A stretch of 64,000 nucleotides of DNA from Chrysomallon squamiferum (lineage: Eukaryota; Animalia; Mollusca): positions 8,742,001-8,806,000 of the forward strand of contig CM022670.1 in NCBI GenBank assembly GCA_012295275.1, given 5' to 3'. Made by a program: the position numbers and the translations under genes. Within the stretch, counting starts at the first letter, position 1. Each line of letters opens with the position of its first letter. A model generated the notes under the pieces. That model was not told the origin of the DNA, did no database searches, and saw only the letters and a program-made list of their open reading frames with translations. Below are positions 14,160 through 37,204 of this stretch, piece by piece.

Positions 14160-14237
14160 GTAATTATTTGTACCTGTTGCACCAAGCATAACCAACAGTG
14201 CTATTGAATGCGGAAAACTTTTGTTTAGATTCGCCAT
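10714..14237 (-). CDS. ACP5: Tartrate-resistant acid phosphatase type 5 (purple acid phosphatase), with signal peptide
   Basis: Six exons: 14237-14174, 13839-13635, 12954-12830, 12401-12201, 11770-11623, 10968-10714 (TAG). Signal-like [25 protein letters not shown]. All five PAP metal-ligand motifs are present: [10 protein letters not shown] (DxG), LG[D]NFY (GDxxY, broken by a 1-nt deletion at ~13685-13687), [18 protein letters not shown]. Also WNFPDYYY and LCGN, typical of ACP5. Confidence 0.93.
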
Positions 14238-14552
14238 TTTCTGACACTTGTGACAGTCCTTGATTAACGTGACTTTTAACAATCAAAGTATCTAATTAAG
14301 AACTTTGCTCTTTCACTCTGTCAATGATAGTAAATTAAGTGCAGTCCATCGCTCTTAGTTATATTAGGTGACAGTAATGACACAGGGGATATTACTTTAA
14401 CATCACGTACTTAACCAGATCTTGTGATCTTTTTTCATATTATTTCCGGCCATATCTTCGGGAATCGTCGTATAACTTCGGATTTCTTTCTGACATCCGA
14501 AAACATTTGTAACTTATCACCCAAGCCTTTACACATTTCGGGTGTAAGAAAG

Positions 14553-14594
<42 letters not shown>

Positions 14595-15976
14595 GTTTAT
14601 TTTATTTTTCACAGTAAATTTATAGTTTTTATTCTACTGGAAGGAGTATATTTAAAATATCCTTCGGAAAGAATAAATTCCACTAAACAAAAAAACAAAA
14701 ACAAACAAACAACAACAAAAATAACACCCCACCAACAAAAAATAATAAAAATAAATTTATTGAAAACTGTTTAATATTGAAATTATATTCCAAATATTTT
14801 GTGAATGAAAATGAATTTTATGAAGATGACCACCTACTTTGAAATTTCCTTTTCAAGATGGCGACATCATTACATTATATATAAACCATCGACAGTAATA
14901 ACAACAGCTTTTAGAAATAATGACAATTAAACAGATTAAATTGTATAAACGTCACAAAAAAAGGTAATTTGTCTCTTTTAATACACAATCTGAAGAACTA
15001 AAACAATGAACAATTAATATGTATTTTATTTAAACCGGTATCACATCCTCTCTATTTCCATATCTAACTACAACATATAAAGTTTTAAAATATCACAGAA
15101 ACGATATTATATTTTATTAAGAGCTAACCACTTCAATAGCAGAAACTGACTGCAAATATATCTATATATATATATAATGAAACAATAAATAAATATAACT
15201 GAGAATATCTGCCATCAAATTACTTCCTTGTGCCATAATGTTGTGACAGTATTAGGTTTTTACATTTAGTTTTCATATTTCTTTAGTAACATAAATTATT
15301 TAACTTGCTGACACAAGACAACTGAAATAAAAAATAATTCAAATGTCGCTTAAAATAATTCAAAAGACATACATGTATCCAATACTTTAAATAAGATAAT
15401 TAACAACAACAATTCCTTTCATTAAATAAACAAATGTGAGATTACATGTTTATAGATCTCTCCTTTCCATTTTCAAAACTACCACTCAAACTATGATGTA
15501 AAAACTAAAACTACGTAATAGTTCAAGATACACCCTCTTTTATTATCCAATATTAGCTTATGATAAAATTTAATAAAAATTCAGTCGAAGCAGTGAAAGT
15601 GTACCGAATACAGAGTAACGTTATGAAATAAAATAAATAAATAATATTCCACAAAAAATCGAAGTGAAAAGTAATAATCACTAACAAATTAAATAAATAA
15701 TAAAAAAATAAAAATAAAATAAAAATAAAACAAAACAAAAAAAAAAAAAATACAAAATAATAAATAAATAAATAATCATAATTTTTTGCTATTATTATAT
15801 TATTAATATTTACGTTCCTTTTTATTTTTATTTTTATTATTATTTTTTTGTGCGAAGTGTGTGACATTAATGTCTTTAAAGCATGATCGAAATATTCTAG
15901 AATGTCCTCAAACCAACAAATAAAAAAATGAAACAAAACAGAAGATGAAGAAAAACTGCTGGCACATCCAAAAAGT

Positions 15977-26303
<10,327 letters not shown>

Positions 26304-26448
26304 CTTGACTAATTTTCTGTGTCAGTGAAAACACATCTAAATAATATTAAAATTATCGTTGCTTAAATATAAATGGCTTCGGTGAATTATTACATTTTTG
26401 TTATTTAATTTGAATTTAAATCTATTTTTAAAAGTAAGACAGACCCAC

Positions 26449-26715
26449 CTGTTTTTCTTTTATGATAATTTAAGACGCCTGTTGAAAAAGTTTAAGCGGA
26501 ATTTAATTTTCCTTGGGACGTGACTAGTCGTGTTTGTATTCCCATTTGTTGTATATTAACCAATCAGTTAGTCTTTTGCTTACTTCCTGGTATAAATGCC
26601 AGTGTTATTTGTTAGCTGTTCCACTTCGTTTGCTATTTGTTTGCTTGTTATATAATAGACACAAACATGAATAGAAATGTTATATATGTGTATGTGTGTG
26701 TTAGCATGTTTATAT

Positions 26716-26773
<58 letters not shown>

Positions 26774-26778
26774 ATATG

Positions 26779-26876
<98 letters not shown>

Positions 26877-27253
26877 ATTTAGAGCCTAAAGGGGTATAAT
26901 CGTTAATAAATAGGTGATCGTGAAAAATTAATTTCTGTGTCGCTAGAGCAAAGCAAAACATAATTCTCTGCCTTTACTTCATTTAATACCTTTAATACGT
27001 CTATAATCGATAATGTAACAACATTTCTCCGTACTTTATCACTCTTACATACATCCATTTTATTATCTGTACAAACAAAGCACAGAGTAATACGAATTAT
27101 ATTTTACCATCCTCTCTCCTCGCACTATCAGAGTCAGGTTCAGTTAAAATTATTTATCAAAGTCCGGCTGTAGATAATAAAAATAGGCCATCTTGCATAT
27201 TATAGAATATTAATCTATCGTTTTATTGTCTTTTCAAACGGAATGATATTGAA
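26449..27253. promoter_or_regulatory. Candidate shared (bidirectional) promoter region between the ANK-DD gene and the lectin receptor
   Basis: The two start codons (26303 on -, 27254 on +) are ~950 bp apart, head-to-head. Motif cluster: GGGACGTGAC 26515-26524, CCAAT 26560-26564, ETS-like ACTTCCTG 26582-26589, TATAAAT 26591-26597. Possible 5'UTR intron of the minus gene at 26448-26337. Confidence 0.5.
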
Positions 27254-27458
27254 ATGAAGGAAGGTGTGTTTATATGTATTTTACTGTTTTATGGTAAGTT
27301 GAAATAGTTCTATGTAATTAATTCGGTGCTTATATATGCATTAACAGACGGATGGTCTATACACACATGCCAATATACACCAACGTACCAGATGAGTTAC
27401 ATACATATACACATACACATACAAACACATAATACATGTATGTCAAATTATACAAATT

Positions 27459-27503
<45 letters not shown>

Positions 27504-28236
27504 CATACATATAGGTACATAAGATCTTAATGTGTTTTTTAATTTTAATTTTTAATTTCATATTATTTTATTTTATTATTTTTTTATATTTAATTTTTTT
27601 TTTTTTTTTAAATTTATTATCATCATCATCATCATCATCATTATTATTATTATTAGTTTACGAAATACTTAAATAAATATAACATTTTATCAAGTGCACT
27701 GGACAAGGGCGGACTGTCCGGCAGGATGGACCCTCAACAACAATCGGTGTTATTACATGAGCAATTCACGGTTTCGCTATTCGGATGCTGTAACATTTTG
27801 TGGGCGAAGAAAATGCCACGATCGTAACGTTTAGTAACTCCGAGGAATGGGTAACTAACCTTTCTACAATTATAAGTTTAAGCCTAATTTTATTAACTGT
27901 TCTAGAGTTTACCATTTATTATTTGGATGCAGCAGACAGTGCATGGATAGGATTAACACGAGACAAGACAATCACACCAAGTCAGAGTACTTTGATAACA
28001 TTTCTAGAATTTTCAATTTATCGTTGAACTTAGTTTTGTTTGTAGCCATTGCGTTTAAACGTATATTTTGGGTACCTCTTCTGCAGTAATGTATTTGAAT
28101 AAAACTCTGGGTTTACGACTGTGCATGTTATCTAACACTAAACTACTTTCAAAAGCAAAATACTTTATCAAGTCAACCAACCAAGATTATGGTAATAACA
28201 ATAACAACATATCAGTAGTCGTAGAGGAATTATTAT

Positions 28237-28291
<55 letters not shown>

Positions 28292-28905
28292 CGTAGTAGT
28301 AGTACTGATAACAACAGTAAAAAAAATAACAACAACATTTTGATATAAAATAATTTATAAAATGCAATAAAACCATATATATTAAGAAGAGGAAGAAGAA
28401 TGGAAACTGTAACTTCCTGTGAATTTACATTTTTTACAGAAACTGATTATTGACATGATGAAAAGTGGCCCAAGAACAAATTACTGGATAGGACTGACAT
28501 ACAAAGCACAGAATAACACTAACTGGGCTTGGATTGATAAAACCCCGTACAACAAAACTGCTGCGTAAGTAACCTAACGGTATCTCCCCATTTGTTATAC
28601 ATGTTTATATTCACATTTATTTACTTATTTATTTATTTATTTTTACTTACTTACTTACTTGCTTGTTTACTTATTTATTTATTTAATTATTTATGTTATT
28701 TTATTATTATTATTATTTTTTTTTTTTAAGTGTTAATGATATGACAATAAGAAATATCACACATGTACGGTGTACTGGATTCAAAACAGAGGTACATTAT
28801 ATATTGTTCAGCCAAACCAACTGTAGGTACAGGTTTGATCTTGTTAAGCTTGCTATTTTCAGTCATAGTTAAACAAGGATAATGTACTAATACTTTGTCA
28901 ATATG

Positions 28906-28937
<32 letters not shown>

Positions 28938-30195
28938 ATTTCAGACACTGGATGAATAACCGTGAACAGAAGCCAAATTCAAACCAGGTCCGGTATATGC
29001 ACATTGTGCGTACATGTACAGCTACCGGCCATACGCGGGCAAGATTCAGATGACCAATTGTAGGAGTAGCTATGCCACAATCTGCAAACGTTCAGCAGGT
29101 AAAAAGTATTATTTTAATTCAGTAACAGTGTGCGGATTTAAAATAATTACAGGAATATTTTCTATATTTAGATGTTCCATTCATATCACAGGTTTTTCGT
29201 TAATACATTTTAGATATTGTATACAAATTAATTCTTTGGATTATTTCATATATATTGCTATTTAAAAAATATATTTTGTAGTTGTAGTCCATGTTAAAAA
29301 AAACTACCCTGTGTTTTGGATACTGCTTATGGTTGTTTATCACAACGCCGTTGTCCTTTTTTAAAAACCTTTTGGGTAAATCATACAAAAGACGTCTTAA
29401 TCCAAATTGGCTTATTTCCTTTTACTGACTGATGATCGAAGGCCATAACATCTGTCATCATGTTTCTGGGAAGGTGCATATAAACAAATCCTTTGCTATC
29501 AATCAATAAGAGTAACCACGACCTATTGGAAGCTGTGTTCTTCTTTCTAATCATTCCCATTGCACAAAGAGAATCATGCACGATACTGTATAACTTTCAG
29601 TAACAGTCATTCATTTCATTCCAGATACTTATGACCTATGCAATGGCGACGACGGGTGGATTGATGTCGATGGTAAATGTTTCAAGTTGTTTGATGATAA
29701 GGCGACCTGGGACGATGCTAGGTCCATATGTAGAAGAAACAATGGTGATCTCTATGCTCCGCAAAGTCAAACACAGATAATGATGTACGGGGATATGGTA
29801 GACTGTAAGATCAACGCCAACAATTTATGGACAGGCTTCTCAGATAGGGTAATTTGTATCTTACATTTAGACTGTTTCGTTTGCCTTGTTTTGTCTGTTA
29901 TGATTTTAATTTTTATAACTTATTTCTTGCCTTTTTGTATCTATTACTGACTGATTTTGCATCTGTATTTTGGATATTTATGTTCTACAATAATTTAGGA
30001 GAGATTATATTTAAATTCTTTGTTCATTATTATTATTATTAATTTTGTTTCTAATTTGAAACCGATTGCATCATAAAAATATCCATTATTGTAATGATGA
30101 CTATCTTGTTCATCATTAATATTATTATACAAAACATGACCATTGTATGTAACTCTCTCTCTGCCTCTCCCTCACACACACACACACACACACAC

Positions 30196-30260
<65 letters not shown>

Positions 30261-33200
30261 ATAGACATTCTTTATTTATATTTGTACCTACCTTTATCTG
30301 TGCACCAAAAGTAGTTATTAGTGTATCTACTGTTTGTGACCGTTAAAACTATGTATCTAATAAGTAACTGATTGTAATATTCTCTTGTGTTGTGACTATA
30401 ATGATAAAAAAACTAAACATATACGAATAAAATAAAACGTAAATGTACATAATATTTTAAATCTTTTTCTTTTAAAAGAAATTAATACGTGATATAGAAA
30501 GGCTAATCGAATGATCTTATTTCGTATTTCAGGCTCGACCTGGCGTCTTCCTGAATACAACTAACCAACCGATGCGATACATGGCTTTTGCGCCGTATTA
30601 TCCTCGCATTCCGTAGGTATTAAACAACAACACCAGCTAAGAAATCCCAGCAAAATGAACATCAGTGCTTCCTCAAAAACCCACTACAACAAAAAAACAA
30701 CAACAAACAAAATCGATAAATAAAAAAATAAAAAAAAAAATCGCTCGAAAAAACCTCTTAAAACTGATTGCTTATATCCATTGTTAAATAGGCAGTATTT
30801 AAAAATGCATACCAATGACGGATAAATAAATGATTAAAACATATTTAAAACAACTTAAAATGACTCAAGACATCAGTACTATTAGTAGGCTATATTACAA
30901 AGGATAAACAAATAATATAAATAAATAAATAATACTATAATGAAAAAAATAATTGTTATTGAGGTTTAAAAGGTTTTGTGATTTTGATACACTCCATTTT
31001 TGACTGATTTTTATCCTTAATTCATCTTTATCTCTCTGTACTTCTGACTTAATTGCCAATATATAGATATATATGTCTATTGTATAAAAACATATATAAC
31101 ATGATATTCCTAGTATATTTTCATACAAGTATAATTACCTGTATATTCGAAGTTAAATGTTATTTTAACTAAACAGTGTACGAGGAAATTCCTGTTTAAT
31201 GGCTGTTCCAACATACAACTTTTATTTTGCCGGAGAAGTTTGTTCAGTGGAACATAAATTCGTCTGTGTAAAACCATATGGTAAGAATTTAAAAAGAAAA
31301 GATAAGTTGTTTTTATCTGTCAACTTTTATCTATATATTTATTGCTATCTGTGTGTATATTTGTTTATCATCATCATTTTTATTATCGTTATTGTTATTA
31401 TTATTCTCATATTTATTTATTATACTTATTGTATTTGTATATCACTATTAAACAATAAAAATATAACTAAAAATATAAATGTAATTTTATAATCATATAT
31501 ATGTTGTTTATCTATCAAATTCACTCATACTTCTATGATTATATGAATAATTTCTCCCACTCTCTCAAAATTATTTTTAATATATTTTTTTCATAAAGGT
31601 ACATGTCCTAGTGGATGGTTAACTAACGGAGATCGGTGTTATCAAGTTCATGACACACCAGAAGTTAAAGACACATGGTTCAGTGCTAACAGATATTGTA
31701 TCAGCCAGGGTTCACGGTTACTGACCATAAAAAAGTAGGTTACTACTGACATTTAACTACTTACTATGGAGAAAAACATGACCTTATCAATTTTCATGCT
31801 GTTCATAATTTTGTAATTTTTTCCTTCCTTTCTTTGCAATGCAAAACAGGCTGCAGTAATTTATTTATTTATTTATTTATTTATTTATTATTGTTGTTGG
31901 TTTAAAATTACAACTTTTATTACTACATATTAACGGAAGTGGGTTGCCTTCAATTTCCTCCTTTAGGGAGCATATTTCTCGTTAAAAAAAAATGAAACGT
32001 CAGTCCTGACTTTTTTTTTTTCTTCTTGTGTCCATATAGCTTACCATCACATTAAAACGTATATTATTAGCAAGATATCAAGTTGTATGAATAATAATGC
32101 AGCTATGATTGTAAGTAAATGCTTTTGATTTTATAGGGAATAAATATTTGTAAAATAATTTTTCACTTTAACAAATAGCAGCAGATATAACTATTTTTTA
32201 TTTATTTTGAAACAAATTTGTAATGTTTATATGTTTAGTATTTGAAATTTTTAACGTTCCACTTTTAATATTTTAAAGTTGTTTATTCATATATTTGTCA
32301 ACAGCAGTGTGACAGAAGCATTCATAACGCGTATATTGCACGATCGCCATATTTCAAGTGCCTGGTTGGGATATTCTGGTATGTTTTTAAACAGATATCA
32401 TTAATGATTTGAAGTGATTGTTAATTTATGTTTAATCATTCTTTCAAAAGCAGTAACAACATCATCACCTCCACACGAACAACAACAACTATTATAACAG
32501 ATTTTAAATGATTAAAAACGTTTGACGGCAATAATGAATAAAAAAATTAGTAACATACAACAGAAACAACAATTCAACATCATCATCAACAACAACAACT
32601 ATAATAATATTATTATTATTTAAATAAACCCAATAAAAAAATAAAACAAATAAAAAATCTGTATTTATACCTATTATATTTTGAATATGATTTAATTGTT
32701 GTTGTTTTTTTTCATTCATAGACCAAAAACAAAATGATGTTCTGACATGGACTGATGGTGTAGTCGTGAATTCTTCATACACAGACTGGGACAACACATT
32801 TCCAAATCTTCATGCAAACAGATCAGATTGTGGAATTATAAAACCAGGTAAGAAACAAACAATCAGACAATAAACAAACAATAAACAAACAAACAATATA
32901 TAAACAAACAAACAAATAAATAAATAAATAAATAACAACAGTATCACTAACAATGCAAAAATAATAACAGTTCCAAAAAATGAACTGTCCTGTCTTTGAT
33001 ATTATTTTTGTCTTTGGACATATGCTTATTGTGCTGTTGATTGTTATCTTAAATCTGTACATCCACTGTCCAATTTGCCTAACATCCCAAAGGTTTCTTT
33101 TTTCATAAAAAATACAACCAAAAAATGCAAATAACCCACTCTAATAAATGTAGAAAGCTATATATATATATATCTATGTATTTTTACATTATGGTTCATT

Positions 33201-36200
33201 GTTTAATGAGCTGCAAACTTTATTATCAGTTGTTTAGGTATTTCTTTTTTTCAAAATTACCAAAGTAGGAAATTAAAAAAAAAATTCTGTTTTTATTTTT
33301 TAATTTAATTTTAGGTGCACATGAAGCACTGTGGTCAAATGGTTATTGTTATCACCTGTATGCATTCATCTGTGAAATTTCCATACATCAGACACACCTC
33401 AATTCAACACCTCAACCACGTAAGTGTATTATTAGAACAACCATCAGCAACCAGTCTAACATTGTTTCCTTGAAATGGTTGAGACAGTAACCACACTCAC
33501 TGAAATTATTCAGTTTATATTTATATGTGTGTGTCTTTGTATGTATGGGTGTGTGTCTCTGTGTTTAAAAAAAAAAAATGAACAAACACTGAAGAAAAAG
33601 GATATTCTTCATATCAAGTGATAACATTTTTCTTTCTTCTGACAGCTTCTCAGTATTTGAAATGTAATCCTGGCTGGTTTTTACGAGGCACCAGTTGTTA
33701 CCGTGTTGGTCCTTTCATGAACTGGACTGACGCAAGGTCCAACTGTACAGGTGATGGGGCTGACCTCACAACAGTGACAGATGAATTTGAAAATTCACTG
33801 CTCAGTGAGTATTTCTAGAATTTAAAAGTCACAAAATAAAGAACAACAAATAATATATAGGCTTTGAAGTGACAGGTTGATTTGAAATGAAAAATTGTGT
33901 AATTAAAATTATTTTTGAAAACTGGTATTAGAAGTTGTCCCACAATCCTTGCCCCTCCCCCCCCCAAAATAATAATGTAAAGTAAAATTAAATTGAATTA
34001 AATAAATTAATTTTTAAAAATTATAAAAAGAAAGATTGATTTAACTATTTTAGATACAGTTTTTTTATATCTCTCTCTGCCTCTCCCTCTCCCTCTATGT
34101 ATCTACATTAGATATTACCTTTGTTTGTGTCTGTATATCTGTAGATATATAGCTACAAAGACATGTATTTTTGAACAATTTCAGTTCATTATTTGGACGC
34201 AACAGACAGTGCATGGATAGGATTAAAACGAGACAAGACAATCACACCAAGTCAGTTTTTCTGGGTAGATAACAACAAAGTATGTTGATGTAATATAAAT
34301 ATATGTTTTACTTAGAGAGTATTTTGATAGTGCAAAGAAAGAGCTAGAATATTTGTTATTTACTTTCATGTCATAATTTTGGTTTTACTTAGAACCAGCC
34401 TTTGCAACTAACAAATTATTACATATTAACAGTTATAACAATCTAACAAATTACAAGAGATACATTAGGCAGTGTAAAGTCTACCAAATTCACACTTTTT
34501 ATGATATCAAATGTAATAAAGAACATACCCAAAGCAAAGAAAAACCCCAAAATATTAGTTAGTTACAGTGTCTTTGCATAATTTGTATTATGTAAAATGT
34601 AAAAATGGGTGCCTCTGTACATCTACTCAGGCTTGTTATTTTGCAATCACACTTTTTTTTTTTGCTAGTAAATAAACAAAAACAAAGAACTAAACAAAAT
34701 TTCTGAACATTTTTCAAAGATTATTCATACCATCAGTAGGAAGAATGGAAATTATTATGGCTGTTATAAAAAACTATAGAAAAAATACAGAAATGAAAGC
34801 AAGAATAGTAACTTCACTAACAATAAAAGAAATCTTTTTAAAATATATATATATATGTATGAACATATTTTTTTATTAAGGTGCTGTTCTTTTAAAATCT
34901 TCAGCAATTTTATTTCTAACAGATTACATTTTCAAACTTTTTCCCATTTGAACCAAGAGATGCTAATTCAGGTTTTGACTGTGTTGAGATGCTCATCAGA
35001 TCGACTCCTTTCCCTGGCTCCTGGAATGACAACAAATGTTCACTACTGAGACCTTTTGTCTGCAAAACTAAACCAAGTGAGTGGAAAAAACTTTATTTCA
35101 TGGATTTTACTGAGCCAGAAATACATCAAAAATAATTATTTTTAATTTTGTGAGCTATTAAGTATATATTGTGTTTTATAATAACACTGGAATGAAAAAA
35201 AAAAAAAAAAGCCACCAATCTTGTGGGTTTCTTCTATGGGTATTGTTAGCCAGGACTGGAAGAATGCCAGCCTTCTCAATTATTGTTAAGATTTCTAGAT
35301 ATTACAGACAATTTGTTTATCACCAGTCTGCAATAGTACAGTTACAGCCATTAGTGACACTCAAATTATTACCAGCAGCTACAGCATCCTCATTATAATC
35401 AGCTTTGTCAAGAATATCATGACATCATCAACACTATCAATGAACAGATCAGTATCAGCATAAACATCAGTCATGACTGTATCATAACTTTCAGTGACAG
35501 TAAGATTTTCTATCATCAGTAAAGTCATCATCATTAATCACAGTAGTAATAATGTAATTGTTACCAACAATAACAAAATCATCACAAGAACATTATCATT
35601 GACAACAACATCATTACAACCATCATTAATAACACAACACCAGCAACAGCAGAAGCATCAAACTTGTATTTTCTTTTATAAGTGTGAGATGTGTTTTGTA
35701 TATTTGTGTTCATGAGTTGTTTTTATTTTCCTTTTTACCTTTATTGTTTTAAAACTTTTTTTTTAAATTTAAATTTTTTTTTTTTTTTCCAGTTGGTGCA
35801 ACTCCAAATCCATCTGCACCTCCTACTGGTAAGATTTTTTTTTTTTTTTTTTATGGTAGTTGCCACTGACTTCAAATTTATTTATTTTGGGAACAGTAGA
35901 CAACAAAAAATCTACATCAAAAATCTATTATATCTGTTCACACAAACACATACACACACACACAAACATTAAATTCAGATTATTGATTCCTCATATATAA
36001 AAATAACTGTGTTTTATTCAGATTCATCATTAATTCATCAAATATAAAAATAACTGTTTTTTATTCAGATTCATCATTAATTCATCAAATACAAAAATAA
36101 TTCTGTTTTGTTCAGATTCATCATTAAGTTATCATGCATAACACATCATTATGTTTTATTCAGTGCCCTGGTCATACAGGTGTGGACCTGACTGGGTTTT

Positions 36201-37087
36201 CGACAGCTCAATGGGAACCTGCTACAAAGTGATGACAGCTGACAGACTGACCTGGACTGAGGCACGGGCTGATTGTCGAAGACGAGGGTCAGATCTTGTC
36301 AGCATAGACGGGCCAAGAGAACATCTCAGAGTTGAAGGTAAAAGAAGAAAGAAATTTTATACTTAACTATGTACATTTAACACATTTATTTAACTATATA
36401 CATGCACACAACGTATTTAATTATGTACACATACAATATATTATTTAACTCTGCACTCACACATGAGGTTAGGGGCCATACAGAAAACAAAAGAAGGAAC
36501 TACTGCCTTTAAATAACAGGTTAATATTTTTTTTCATTAGGAGCTAGGGATCTTTTAAATATATTTTCTCATAGATTGAAAAGCACTGATTTTATATTTA
36601 TCTGAATTACTTTACTCTAGTTACTTAAAGACTAATATAAAATGATTTATTTAAAGTTTTCATTACATGCTTTGTGAAATGACAATTTTAATAATTTTAT
36701 ACACATCCTTTATAGCTGCTATTTACAAAAGCCGGAATGGAGCTGATCAAAATAACTTTTGGATTGGAGCTAATGACCAATCAAAAGAAGGCGGCTGGGA
36801 GTGGAGTGATGGGTGGCCATTTCGATACCTTCGCTGGCACAAAGGTTTGTATTCCTAATTATATCTGACATAGCACCTGACATATCTAAGTGTTATTATT
36901 TTTTTTGTGATACTATTTTTAATTATCATTTTTTTTTTAATGTAAAGCCATTCAAACAATACAGTACAGATGTACTATGCAGAGACACCATAATGGAAAT
37001 TACCCTGTAATTGAGTGTGATAATTTGTTTTCTCAGGATTATATTCTAATTATTGTGCTGTTTTTCCCTCATTATTATTAGTAGTTT

Positions 37088-37140
<53 letters not shown>

Positions 37141-37173
37141 CTTCTTCTTCTTCTTCTTCTTCTTCTTCTTCTT

Positions 37174-37204
<31 letters not shown>

